NCBI GenBank assembly: GCA_963665125.2
Contig: CAXXUK010000001.1
Coordinates: forward strand, 1,888,001 to 1,952,000
Direction of reading: 5' to 3'
DNA: 64,000 bases
From: an uncultured Desulfarculus sp.
GTDB taxonomy: Bacteria; Desulfobacterota; Desulfarculia; Desulfarculales; Desulfarculaceae
The position numbers and the translations under genes are program-made. This document shows positions 18,510-28,597 of this stretch, piece by piece. Position 1 is the first letter of the stretch; each line of letters starts with the position of its first letter. Below the pieces are notes generated by a model. The model ran no database searches. It had not been told where the DNA came from and saw only the letters and a list, made by a program, of their open reading frames with translations.

Positions 18510-21500
18510 ATGTTTTCGCGCTTTTTCATCAACCGCCCCATCTTTTCGGCTGTTGTCTCCATCGTCATCGTGCTCAGCGGTCTGATTACGCTCAGCGCCC
18601 TGCCGGTGGCCCAGTATCCGGAAATAGCACCGCCCACCATCCAGGTTACGGCCAGCTATCCCGGTGCCAACGCCAAGGTTGTCGCCGACACGGTGGCCGC
18701 GCCCATTGAACAGCAGGTCAACGGCGTCGAGGGCATGATCTACATGTCCAGCGTCAGCGCGGCAGACGGCAGCTACACATTGACGGTCACCTTTGAGACC
18801 GGCACCGACACCGACATGGCCAACGTGCTGGTGCAAAACCGCGTGGCCATCGCCCAGAACACCCTGCCCTCCGACGTGCGCCGCCTGGGCGTGAACACCA
18901 AAAAGCAGTCCACCAACTTCGCGGCCATGATAACCCTGGTTTCCAACGACGGCCGCTATGACGACGTATATCTTTCCAACTACGCCACGGTCTACATCCG
19001 CGATGAGCTCAGCCGCATCAACGGCGCCAGCGACGTCTCGGTGTTGGGCGCCGGCGACTATTCCATGCGTGTTTGGCTCAACCCCGAAAAGCTCAAGTAC
19101 CTCGGCCTGACCACCGATGACGTGACCAACGCCATCAGCGAGCAGAACGTACAGGTGGCCGCCGGCATCATCGGCCAGCCCCCGGCGCCCAAGGAGCAGA
19201 GCTTCCAGTACACGGTCAGTGTGTTGGGGCGCCTTGAAGATGTGGAGCAATTCAAGAACATCATCGTCAAAACCGGCGATGACGGCCGCCTAGTGCGGGT
19301 CAAGGACATCGGCACAGTCGAACTGGGCGCAAAGACATACACCATCAAGAGCCAGCGCAACGGCAAACCAACAGCGCTGTTGATGATCTACCAGTTGCCG
19401 GGGGCCAACCTATTGGCCCTGACCGAAGCCATCCAGGCCAAGATGGAGGAACTGGCCGAGCGTTTTCCCGAAAGCGTGGAATACCAGGTCACCTACAACG
19501 CGGCCGACGTCATCCGGGCCTCCATCAGTGAAATCGTCGAGACGCTGGTCATCGCCGCGATCCTGGTCATCCTGACGGTGTATGTATTCCTGCAGGACAT
19601 GAGGGCCACGCTGATTCCGGCCATAACCATACCCGTGTCGCTCATCGGCACGTTCCTGGTCATGGCCATCCTGGGCTTTTCCATCAATACGCTGACCTTG
19701 TTCGGACTGGTGTTAGCCATCGGCATTGTCGTTGACGACGCCATTGTCGTGGTGGAAAACGCCTCGCGAAACATCGACGAAACGGGTCTGCCGCCAAAGG
19801 AAGCCACGGTCAAGGCCATGGAGGAGGTCACTTCTCCGGTTATCGCCACCACCATGGTCTTGATGGCCGTGTTCGTGCCCACCGCGTTCATGGGCGGCAT
19901 GACCGGCGTCCTGTACAAGCAGTTCGCCCTTACCATCGCCACGGCCACCTTCTTCAGTTCCATCAACGCCCTGACCCTGAGCCCGGCGTTATGCGGTCTG
20001 GTGCTCAGGCCTTCCAAGGAGCACAAGCACGGTTTCTTCAAGTGGTTCAACGACACCATGCACTTCACCACGAACAAATATCTGAAGATCGTGGGCATGG
20101 GCGTGCGCCGCACGGGCTTCGCGCTGATTCTGTTCCTGGTTTTTGCCATACTGGCCGCCTTTGGCATGATCCACACCCCCACCGGATTCGTGCCCGAGGA
20201 AGACAACGGCTACATGATGGTCAACGTGCAACTTCCCGACGCGGCAAGCCAGGAGCGCACAGAGGCCGTGATGAAAAAATGCAACCAGATCGTGGCCAAC
20301 ACCCCCGGCGTGGCCAACTTTATCAGCGTCATCGGCTACAGCTTTTTGGACAGCGCGGCCAACTCCAACATGGGCGGCATGGTCATCGTGTTCAAGCCCT
20401 GGGATGATCGTACAGCGCCGGAAGAGCAGCAAAGCGCAATCTTGAACCACCTGCGCCGCGAATTTTACATGATTCAAGAGGCCATTGTTTTCGCCTTTAT
20501 TCCGCCCGCGTTGCCCGGCCTGGGCACGACCGGTGGATTCACCATGCAGTTGCAGGACCGAGGCGGGGTCGGGCTCAACCAGTTGCAGCAGGTCGCCGAT
20601 GAAATGGTTTCCGACGGCAACGCCCAAAGCGGTCTTACCGGAATGTACACCGGTATCCGCGTGAACGTGCCCCAGTTGTTCGCCGACATAGACCGCGAAC
20701 AGGTCAAGAGCATGAACGTTCCCTTGAGCAACGTGTTCAGCACGCTCCAGGCCTATCTCGGATCTTCCTATGTCAACGACTTCAACAAGTTCGGCCGCAC
20801 CTACCAGGTCAACATCCAGGCGGACAGCAAATTCAGGGCCCAGCCGGACGACATCGAAAAGCTCGACGTGCGCAACAACAACGGCGAGATGATTCCCCTG
20901 GGCACGCTGATCAAGGTGGAGCCATCGTTCGGGCCCCAGTTGATCACCCGCTACAACGTCTACCCGGCAGCCACCGTCCAAGGTTCGGCCGCGCCGGGCT
21001 TCTCCAGCGGCCAGGCCATGGACATCATGGAACAGATGGCCAAGGAAAAGATGCCCCGCAGCATGGGCTATGAATGGACCGGCATGTCCTATCAGGAAAG
21101 GATCGCCGGAAGCCAGGCCCCGGTCATATTCACTATCGCCGTCATCTTCGTCTATCTGTTCCTGGCGGCCCAGTATGAAAGCTGGAAGATTCCGGTGTCG
21201 GTCATCCTGTCCGTGCCGCTGGCCCTGTTCGGCGCCTTCCTGGCCGTTATCATGCGCGGTATGGACAACAACACCTACACCCAGATCGGTTTGATCCTGC
21301 TCATCGGCATGGCCACCAAAAACGCCATCCTCATCGTGGAGTTCGCCAAGGACGCCCACGAGCTAAAGGGCATGAGCGTCATCGACGCGGCCATGGACGC
21401 GGCCAAACTGCGATTCCGGCCCATCCTGATGACTGCGTTTTCGTTCATTCTGGGTGTCTTGCCGCTGGTCATAGCCGACGGCGCCGGCGCGGGCAGCCGC

Positions 21501-21659
21501 CGAGCCCTGGGTACGGCCGTGTTCGGCGGCATGCTGGCGGCAACGGTGATGGGCGTGATTTTCGTACCAGCCCTGTACGTCATATTCCAGAGTCTGGGCC
21601 AAAGCCGCAAGAGCAAGAAGCAGGCCGCCATGCCGGCGGCACCAACCCAAACAGACTAA
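18510..21659 (+). CDS. RND efflux permease (HAE1/AcrB family)
   Basis: FFINRPIF, QYPEIAPP, GIVVDDAIVVVEN, KNAILIVEFA, RFRPILMT. Confidence 0.95.
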   Translation: MFSRFFINRPIFSAVVSIVIVLSGLITLSALPVAQYPEIAPPTIQVTASYPGANAKVVADTVAAPIEQQVNGVEGMIYMSSVSAADGSYTLTVTFETGTDTDMANVLVQNRVAIAQNTLPSDVRRLGVNTKKQSTNFAAMITLVSNDGRYDDVYLSNYATVYIRDELSRINGASDVSVLGAGDYSMRVWLNPEKLKYLGLTTDDVTNAISEQNVQVAAGIIGQPPAPKEQSFQYTVSVLGRLEDVEQFKNIIVKTGDDGRLVRVKDIGTVELGAKTYTIKSQRNGKPTALLMIYQLPGANLLALTEAIQAKMEELAERFPESVEYQVTYNAADVIRASISEIVETLVIAAILVILTVYVFLQDMRATLIPAITIPVSLIGTFLVMAILGFSINTLTLFGLVLAIGIVVDDAIVVVENASRNIDETGLPPKEATVKAMEEVTSPVIATTMVLMAVFVPTAFMGGMTGVLYKQFALTIATATFFSSINALTLSPALCGLVLRPSKEHKHGFFKWFNDTMHFTTNKYLKIVGMGVRRTGFALILFLVFAILAAFGMIHTPTGFVPEEDNGYMMVNVQLPDAASQERTEAVMKKCNQIVANTPGVANFISVIGYSFLDSAANSNMGGMVIVFKPWDDRTAPEEQQSAILNHLRREFYMIQEAIVFAFIPPALPGLGTTGGFTMQLQDRGGVGLNQLQQVADEMVSDGNAQSGLTGMYTGIRVNVPQLFADIDREQVKSMNVPLSNVFSTLQAYLGSSYVNDFNKFGRTYQVNIQADSKFRAQPDDIEKLDVRNNNGEMIPLGTLIKVEPSFGPQLITRYNVYPAATVQGSAAPGFSSGQAMDIMEQMAKEKMPRSMGYEWTGMSYQERIAGSQAPVIFTIAVIFVYLFLAAQYESWKIPVSVILSVPLALFGAFLAVIMRGMDNNTYTQIGLILLIGMATKNAILIVEFAKDAHELKGMSVIDAAMDAAKLRFRPILMTAFSFILGVLPLVIADGAGAGSRRALGTAVFGGMLAATVMGVIFVPALYVIFQSLGQSRKSKKQAAMPAAPTQTD

Positions 21660-21685
21660 GTTTGTTCATAAATAGTCAAGGTACC

Positions 21686-21717
21686 ACGGCGTCCCCTTTG
21701 GGGGACGCCGTTCGTTT
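21686..21717 (+). terminator. intrinsic terminator after the RND operon
   Basis: ACGGCGTCCCC-TTTG-GGGGACGCCGT-TCGTTT. Confidence 0.75.
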
Positions 21718-22136
21718 ATAGCCGCTACGGATTATCTCCCCCGACAGCTATAAGTATTAGCTATTTGACAAATAGGTTCAGCCCATATACCGTCTACCTA
21801 CCGAAGAACTCTAGCCTTTTACAGGTAAACTTAATGAAACTGCGCATCGGCTTTACTTGAGAACCTGGATTGAAATCTACCCGGGCACGGTAGGCTGGCG
21901 GAGTTCTGACAAACCTGCAATTTTTTTTCCCATCGCAAGTTACCCTCTGCACAAGCCGCTGGCCCACCGCCATGGTTAATTTCCTTATTCTACCAGGTCT
22001 ATTGTGGATTAAACGGTGGATACACCATGTTCCCAGCCGATCATGGCGACCGGCGGAGTTTTATGGGGTTGTAACAATCAAGTGAAACTACTTGTTTTTT
22101 TTAATCAAGCCACTAAGTCATCGAGGAGCTTTTGTG

Positions 22137-25100
22137 ATGGCTGAAAACATCAACAATCCAGTGGGAGCGGTCATGGTGGTGGGCGGCGGTATCGCCTCCA
22201 TCCAGGCCTCGTTGGATCTGGCCGACAGCGGCTACTACGTCTACATGGTCGAGAAATCCTCGGCCATCGGCGGCGTCATGGCCCAGTTGGACAAGACCTT
22301 CCCGACCAACGACTGCTCAATGTGCATCCTGTCGCCCAAACTCGTGGAGGCCGGACGCCATCCCAACATCGAAGTGCTGACCATGGCCGATGTCAGGAGC
22401 ATCGACGGCCATGCCGGCAATTTCCAGGTCCAGGTGCACCAGCAAGCCCGTTACATCGACATGGGCAAGTGCATCGCCTGCGGGGCCTGCGCCCAGAAAT
22501 GCCCCAAACGCATCGACGACGAGTTCAACGAAAAACTTAACAAACGCCACGCGGCCCACGTGAAATATCCCCAGGCAGTGCCGTTGAAGTACGTCATCGA
22601 CAAGGAAAACTGCCTTTATTTCCAAAAGGGCAAGTGCCGGGCCTGCGAAAAGTTCTGCCCGGCCAACGCGGTTAACTTTGACGAGCTGGACATCGAGCGC
22701 ACCCTCAACGTGGGCTCGGTTATCCTGGCCGCGGGCTACAAGCCCGTGGATCCGGGCCAGTGGGGCATCCACACCCAGGCCTTCAGGGACTTCCCCAACG
22801 TGGTCACCGCGCTCCAGTTCGAGCGCATCCTCAGCGCCAGCGGCCCCTGGATGGGCCACCTGGTGCGGCCCGGCGACAACAAGGAGCCCAAGAAAATCGC
22901 CTGGTTGCAGTGCGTTGGCAGCCGCGATGTCAACACATGCAACAACGGATACTGCTCGGCGGTGTGCTGCATGTACGCCATCAAGGAGGCCGTGATCGCC
23001 AAGGAGCACAGTCACGAGCCCCTGGACACGGCGATCTTCTATATGGATATGCGCACCTACGGCAAGGACTTCGAGCGGACCTACGAAGCGGCCAAGGACA
23101 AGGGCATCCGCTTCATCCGCAGCCGCAACCCTTCCATGATCCAGAAGCCAAACGGCAATATCGAACTAACCTGGATATCCGAAAACGGCGCCCTGAGCGT
23201 CGAGGAATTCGACCTTGTGGTCTTGAGCCAGGGTCTGGAAATGCACCCGGAGAGCATGGAACTGTGCCAACGCATCGGCGTGGACCTTGGTCAGAGCCGT
23301 TTCGTGGCCACCAGCGACTTCGCGCCCGTGGCCTCCAGCCGCCCGGGCATCTATGTCTGCGGCGCCATGGCCGGCCCCAAGGACATCCCCACCTCGGTGA
23401 TGGAGGCCTCGGCGGCCGCCTGCGCCGCGGCGGGCAACCTGTACAAGGCCAGGGGCTCGCTGATTACCGAGCATGAACTGCCGCCAAAGCGCGACATTAA
23501 CGGTGAACGGCCCAAAGTCGGCGTTTTCGTCTGTTCCTGCGGCATCAACATCGCCGGCGTGGTGGATGTGGACCAGGTCAAGAAATATGCCGCCACCCTG
23601 CCCAACGTGGAGTACGTGGAAAACAACCTTTTCACCTGCTCCCAGGACACCCAGGACAAGATGGCCAAGGTCATCGCCGAGCAGGGTCTCAACCGCATCG
23701 TGGTGGCGGCCTGCAGCCCGCGCACCCACGAGCCGCTGTTCAGGGAAACCCTGGAGGCGGCCGGGCTCAACAAATACCTGTTCGAACTGGCCAATATCCG
23801 CAACCAGGACTCCTGGGTCCATGCCGACGATCCGGCAGCGGCCACCAAAAAGGCTGAGGACGCCGTGCGCATGGCCGTGGCCAAGGCCAGCCTGCTGGAG
23901 CCCCTGACCGAGGCCAACTTGACGATTTTGCCCAAGGCCATGGTCATCGGCGGCGGCATCTCCGGCATGAACGCGGCCCTGGAGCTGGCCAAGCAAGGCT
24001 TCGAAACCCATCTGGTGGAGCGCGACAACAAGCTGGGCGGCAACGCCCGCATGCTGCGGACCACGGCCAAGGGCGACGATGTCCAGGCTCATCTGGCCAA
24101 GCTCACAACCAAGGTCGAAACCGAACCGCTGATCAAGCTGCACCTGGGTTCGACGCTCAAGGAAGTCGACGGCTTCGTGGGTAATTTCAAAACCACGCTG
24201 ACCTCGGACAAGGGCGACGAAGTCGTGGAGCACGGCGCCACCATCATCTGCACCGGCGCGGCCGAATACAAGCCCACGGAGTATCTCTATGGCGAGCACA
24301 AGGCTGTCATGACCCACCAGGAAATCGACGCCGCCTTTATCAGCGGCGAGTTGGATCCGGCCAAGGTGGGCGCGGCGGTGTTCATCCAGTGCGTCGGCTC
24401 ACGTGAGCCCGAGCGTCCCTACTGCTCCAAGGTTTGCTGCACCCACAGCGTCGAGTCAGCTCTTCACCTCAAGGAGACCAACCCGGACTGCCAGGTGGCG
24501 ATCATCTACCGCGACATGCGCACCTTCGGCGAGCGGGAGTATCTGTATCAGAAAGCCCGCGAGGCCGGCGTGATCTTCATCCGCTACAGCCTGGACTGCA
24601 AACCAGTGGTGAGCGCCGACGGCGACAAGGTCACCGTCAAGGTCTTCGACCCGATCCTTGGCGCGGATGTGGCCATCAGCGCCGACTTGTTGGGCCTGGC
24701 CTCGTCCATCATCAGCCACCGAGATGAAGACCTGGCCCAGATGTTCAAGCTGCCCCTGGATTCCGACGGCTGGCTGTGCGAGGCCCACGTCAAACTGCGG
24801 CCGGTGGACTTCGCCACCGACGGCGTGTTCATGGCCGGCATCTGCCACTATCCCAAGCCCGTGGAAGAGGCCATCAGTCAGGCCCAGGCCGCTGTCAGCC
24901 GGGCCATAACCGTGTTGTCCAAGGCCGAGATGAATCTGCCGGGCACGGTGGCCAATATCGACAAGTCCAAGTGCGTGGGCTGCGGCGTGTGCTGGGAGAT
25001 CTGCCCGTATTCGGCTATCGGCCAGGACGAAAACGGCTTGGCCGTGGTGAACGAGGCCCTGTGCAAGGGCTGCGGCACCTGCGTGGCCCACTGCCGGTCC

Positions 25101-25172
25101 GGCGCGCCCAACCTGCGGGGCTTCAGCAACCAGGACGTGATGAGCCAGATTGAAACCATGCTCCTTGGCTAA
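22137..25172 (+). CDS. hdrA: heterodisulfide reductase subunit A-like flavoprotein with two HdrA modules
   Basis: VVGGGIAS, DKTFPTNDCSMC, QCVGSRD, YCSAVCCMY; second module VGVFVCSCGINI, VIGGGISG, QCVGSRE, YCSKVCC; terminal ferredoxin motifs; GAGGAG RBS. Confidence 0.92.
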   Translation: MAENINNPVGAVMVVGGGIASIQASLDLADSGYYVYMVEKSSAIGGVMAQLDKTFPTNDCSMCILSPKLVEAGRHPNIEVLTMADVRSIDGHAGNFQVQVHQQARYIDMGKCIACGACAQKCPKRIDDEFNEKLNKRHAAHVKYPQAVPLKYVIDKENCLYFQKGKCRACEKFCPANAVNFDELDIERTLNVGSVILAAGYKPVDPGQWGIHTQAFRDFPNVVTALQFERILSASGPWMGHLVRPGDNKEPKKIAWLQCVGSRDVNTCNNGYCSAVCCMYAIKEAVIAKEHSHEPLDTAIFYMDMRTYGKDFERTYEAAKDKGIRFIRSRNPSMIQKPNGNIELTWISENGALSVEEFDLVVLSQGLEMHPESMELCQRIGVDLGQSRFVATSDFAPVASSRPGIYVCGAMAGPKDIPTSVMEASAAACAAAGNLYKARGSLITEHELPPKRDINGERPKVGVFVCSCGINIAGVVDVDQVKKYAATLPNVEYVENNLFTCSQDTQDKMAKVIAEQGLNRIVVAACSPRTHEPLFRETLEAAGLNKYLFELANIRNQDSWVHADDPAAATKKAEDAVRMAVAKASLLEPLTEANLTILPKAMVIGGGISGMNAALELAKQGFETHLVERDNKLGGNARMLRTTAKGDDVQAHLAKLTTKVETEPLIKLHLGSTLKEVDGFVGNFKTTLTSDKGDEVVEHGATIICTGAAEYKPTEYLYGEHKAVMTHQEIDAAFISGELDPAKVGAAVFIQCVGSREPERPYCSKVCCTHSVESALHLKETNPDCQVAIIYRDMRTFGEREYLYQKAREAGVIFIRYSLDCKPVVSADGDKVTVKVFDPILGADVAISADLLGLASSIISHRDEDLAQMFKLPLDSDGWLCEAHVKLRPVDFATDGVFMAGICHYPKPVEEAISQAQAAVSRAITVLSKAEMNLPGTVANIDKSKCVGCGVCWEICPYSAIGQDENGLAVVNEALCKGCGTCVAHCRSGAPNLRGFSNQDVMSQIETMLLG

Positions 25173-25201
25173 AGGCCGGGGCATGTTTATGGAGTATGAA
25201 A

Positions 25202-25654
25202 ATGAGCGATAACGAACAATTCCAGCCCAGGATCGCCGCCTTTTTCTGCAACTGGTGCACCTATGGCGGCGCGGACCTAGCCGGTGTCAGCCGTCTGCAA
25301 TATCCGCCCAGCTTCAGGGTCGTGCGCATCCCCTGCACGGGCCGCATGAGCCCCAAGTTCATCCTGCAGGCCTTCCGCCTGGGGGCCGACGGCGTATGGG
25401 TCTCCGGCTGTCATCCCGGCGACTGCCACTACATCGCCGGCAACATGTATGCCCGCAGGCGCTTTACGATCATGAAAGACCTGCTGGAGTACGTGGGCCT
25501 GGAGCCTGGCCGCCTGCATTTTTCGTGGATATCCTCGGCCGAGGCAACGAAATTCCAGGCCACGGCCATTGAGGTCACCGAAGCGGTCCGCGCCCTGGGC
25601 CCGGCCAAATTCATGCGCAAGGACATCAAACAGGGACTATTAGAGGTGGCCTAA
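25202..25654 (+). CDS. flxD: MvhD-like [2Fe-2S] subunit (FlxD)
   Basis: FFCNWCTYGGADLAG, PCTGR, GCHPGDCHY, WISSAE. Confidence 0.85.
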   Translation: MSDNEQFQPRIAAFFCNWCTYGGADLAGVSRLQYPPSFRVVRIPCTGRMSPKFILQAFRLGADGVWVSGCHPGDCHYIAGNMYARRRFTIMKDLLEYVGLEPGRLHFSWISSAEATKFQATAIEVTEAVRALGPAKFMRKDIKQGLLEVA

Positions 25655-26604
25655 TGCAACAGCGAACTGAAAAAATCCGCGAGATGGCCAAGCAGCTTTT
25701 GGCCGACGGCGCGGTGGACGTGGTGATCGGCTACCGCAAGGGCACCGTGGCCATGCGTGAGCAGCCGTTTGTCGCCCATACTCCCGAAGAGGCCGACGAA
25801 CTGGTATGGACCGGCTTCTGCTGCAACAACCTGGCTAACTTGATGCCCCGCCGCGAAGACAAAGTGGGCGTGGTGGCCCAGGGTTGCGTCAGCCGCAACA
25901 TCGTCGGCCTGATCCAGGAAAACCAGGTGGACCGCGACCGCGTCAAGGTCATCGGCGTGCCCTGCCTGGGCATGGTATCCAAGCGCAAGGTCGAAGCCGC
26001 GGTGGACTTTAAGCCCATCTTCGAGGCCATCGAGGACGGCGACAAGCTCATCGTCAAGGGCAAGGGTTTTGGGGAGACGTTGGAGCGCAAGCAGATGCTG
26101 CGGGACAACTGCTTCACCTGCCAGCACCGCAACCCGGTCATCGACGACGGCCTGGTCTGCGACAAGGTCGACGACGCGGCCGGCGGCGACATCGACAAGA
26201 TGGCCGCCCCCTGGGCCGATTTCGAGCCGGGGGAACGCTGGGAAAAATTCCAGGATTCGTTCAGCGACTGCATCCGCTGCTATGCCTGCCGCGACGCCTG
26301 CCCGCTGTGCTATTGCCACGTCTGCTTCGTGGACGAGGCCAAGCCCCAGTGGTGCGGCAAGACCCAGGACACCGCCGACGTGCAGACGTTCCACATCCTG
26401 CGGGCCTTCCACTGCGCGGGCCGCTGCACCGACTGCGGCGCCTGCGAATCGGCGTGTCCCATGGACATCAAGATGCGCCTGTTGACATCCAGGATCGAAA
26501 GGGACGTCCGCGAAAGATACGACTATAAGCCCGGCATGGACATCAAGGCCACGCCGCCGATGAGCGTGTATCGTCCCAACGATCCGCAGGAATTCATCAA
26601 GTAA
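25654..26604 (+). CDS. flxC: 4Fe-4S protein (FlxC-like)
   Basis: CIRCYACRDACPLCYC, HCAGRCTDCGACESACP; position in an flx cluster. Confidence 0.75.
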   Translation: MQQRTEKIREMAKQLLADGAVDVVIGYRKGTVAMREQPFVAHTPEEADELVWTGFCCNNLANLMPRREDKVGVVAQGCVSRNIVGLIQENQVDRDRVKVIGVPCLGMVSKRKVEAAVDFKPIFEAIEDGDKLIVKGKGFGETLERKQMLRDNCFTCQHRNPVIDDGLVCDKVDDAAGGDIDKMAAPWADFEPGERWEKFQDSFSDCIRCYACRDACPLCYCHVCFVDEAKPQWCGKTQDTADVQTFHILRAFHCAGRCTDCGACESACPMDIKMRLLTSRIERDVRERYDYKPGMDIKATPPMSVYRPNDPQEFIK

Positions 26605-26615
26605 GGGTGGGCGTG

Positions 26616-27644
26616 ATGGCAAACAAGATATTAGCAAAAGACAAGCTGGGCGAATTCATCGCCAAGCTGGGCCAGGGCGCCGAGGTGTTCGCTCCCAAGC
26701 AGGACGGGGCCAAGACGACGTGGCAGGCGGTATCGTCGGCCGACGACGTGGACTTCGACTTCGTCAACACCGACATGTCGCCCAAGGACTTTTTCTTTCC
26801 CCAGACCGAGTGCATGATGCACTTCAAGAACGACCCCGGCGCCGAAGACGGCATGATCTTCCAGGCCGAGGAGGTGATCGCCACGCCCAAGTCGATCTTG
26901 AACATGCGCCCCTGCGACGCCAAGGCCTTCCAGATTCTGGACATGATCTTTGTCCAGGACGAGATGACCGACGACCTGTACTGGCGGCTCAAGCGCGAGC
27001 AGAGCCTGATCTGCGGCCTGGCCTGCAACGAGCCCTGCCCCACCTGCTTCTGCAGTAGCGTCAACTGCGGTCCGCACCATGAGGTGGGCCAGGACCTGCA
27101 GTTGGTGGACCTGGGCGACAAGTTCCTGGTCAAGGTGCTCAGCGAAAAGGGCGAGGCCAAGGTCGACGACCTGCCTGACGCCGCGGACGCCGACGAGGCC
27201 AAGGCGGCCGAACTGAAGGCCTCCGCCGAGGCGGCCATGGTCTCCAAGGTCTCCACGGACAAGATCGCCGAAAAGGAGATCCTGGAGCTGTATGAAGACG
27301 CCATGTGGGACAGGGTGTACGAGGGCTGCCTCAACTGCGGCACCTGCACGTTCGTCTGCCCCACCTGCCACTGCTTCGACATCCAGGACGAGGTCCAGGG
27401 CGACTACGGCCGCCGGGTGCGCAACTGGGACTACTGCATGAGCTGGTTGTTCACCATGCACGGCACGGGCCACAACCCCCGTGGCACCAAGAAGAGCCGG
27501 GTGCGTCAGCGTTTCATGCATAAATTCAAGTACATTCCGGTCAAGCGTGACGGCGAGATCGGTTGTGTTGGCTGCGGCCGCTGCATCCAGATGTGTCCCG
27601 TGAACATCGACGTGCGCCAGGTCGTGGACCAGATGAACTCTTAA
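26616..27644 (+). CDS. flxB: 4Fe-4S protein, AsrA/FlxB-like
   Basis: RPCD, CLNCGTCTFVCPTCHCFD, RQRFMHK, CVGCGRCIQMCP. Confidence 0.78.
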   Translation: MANKILAKDKLGEFIAKLGQGAEVFAPKQDGAKTTWQAVSSADDVDFDFVNTDMSPKDFFFPQTECMMHFKNDPGAEDGMIFQAEEVIATPKSILNMRPCDAKAFQILDMIFVQDEMTDDLYWRLKREQSLICGLACNEPCPTCFCSSVNCGPHHEVGQDLQLVDLGDKFLVKVLSEKGEAKVDDLPDAADADEAKAAELKASAEAAMVSKVSTDKIAEKEILELYEDAMWDRVYEGCLNCGTCTFVCPTCHCFDIQDEVQGDYGRRVRNWDYCMSWLFTMHGTGHNPRGTKKSRVRQRFMHKFKYIPVKRDGEIGCVGCGRCIQMCPVNIDVRQVVDQMNS

Positions 27645-27659
27645 GGGGAGGGATAAGTC

Positions 27660-28499
27660 ATGAGAAACACCTACGTCCCTTACCCGGTCCGCATCAAGGA
27701 CGTGATCGTCGAGACCGAGGACAAGCAGCTGCGTTCCTTCTGGTTCGAGTTTTTGAACGAGGAAGACGCGGACGCTTTCAAATACATTCCGGGCCAGTTT
27801 GGCGAGCTTTCGATCCCCGGCTACGGCGAGATCCCCATCGGTATCGCCTCCAGCCCCACCGAGGGCAAGGACCTTTTGTTTACGGTCAACAAGGTCGGCA
27901 ACGTCAGCTCCCGGCTGCACAACATGAAGCCCGGCGACATCATGGGCATCCGGGGCCCCTTGGGCAACAGCTATCCGCTCAAGGAAATGGAAGGCAAGAA
28001 CGTGGTCATCGTGGCCGGCGGTTTCGCCGTCACGACCCTGCGCTCGACCATGAACTGGCTCTTGCACCCGGACAACCGGGACCGCTACGGCAAGATCACC
28101 TTCATCTACGGCGCGCGCACGCCGGGCATGCTCTTGTACGAGAACGAATGGCGCACCTGGATGGCCCGGGAAGACTGCGACATCCATGTGACCATCGACC
28201 GCGAGTGCGAGGGCTGGGACTGCCTGGTGGGCTTCGTGCCCACGGTTACCGGCGAGGTGGCCCCGCCGGCCGAGAACTCGGTGGCCCTGATATGCGGCCC
28301 GCCGATCATGATCAAGTTCACCCAGCCTGTCTTTGACAAGCTGGGCTGGCAGCCCGATCAGATCGTGATGAGCCTGGAAAACCGCATGAAGTGCGGCATC
28401 GGCATCTGCGGCCGCTGCAACGTGGGCCCCTACTACGTCTGCAAGGACGGACCGGTCTTCACCAAGAAGGAGCTGGACAAGCTGCCCGGTGAATACTAA
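27660..28499 (+). CDS. flxA: FAD/NAD-binding oxidoreductase with [2Fe-2S] (FlxA)
   Basis: PGQF, RGPLGN, YGARTP, CGPPIM, MKCGIGICGRC, VCKDGPVF. Confidence 0.82.
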   Translation: MRNTYVPYPVRIKDVIVETEDKQLRSFWFEFLNEEDADAFKYIPGQFGELSIPGYGEIPIGIASSPTEGKDLLFTVNKVGNVSSRLHNMKPGDIMGIRGPLGNSYPLKEMEGKNVVIVAGGFAVTTLRSTMNWLLHPDNRDRYGKITFIYGARTPGMLLYENEWRTWMAREDCDIHVTIDRECEGWDCLVGFVPTVTGEVAPPAENSVALICGPPIMIKFTQPVFDKLGWQPDQIVMSLENRMKCGIGICGRCNVGPYYVCKDGPVFTKKELDKLPGEY

Positions 28500-28510
28500 T
28501 AGGCAAAATT

Positions 28511-28541
28511 GACGACGGGTCAAATCGGCCCGTCGTTTTTT
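28511..28541 (+). terminator. intrinsic terminator after flxA
   Basis: GACGACGGGTC-AAATC-GGCCCGTCGTTTTTT. Confidence 0.75.
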
Positions 28542-28597
28542 ATACACAAATACCCTAGTTTATCGATCGTTATAATAACTTTAGCTGGGAGAACAAC

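Noticed and set aside
19989..21359. 456-aa antisense ORF
   Set aside because: Shadow of the RND permease caused by high-GC codon bias.
22137..25654. Selenocysteine recoding in HdrA or MvhD
   Set aside because: The ORFs are uninterrupted, and the usual Sec positions (NDCSMC, CNWC, GDCHY) are Cys codons.
26631..28547. 638-aa antisense ORF
   Set aside because: Shadow of flxB/flxA; no recognisable motifs.
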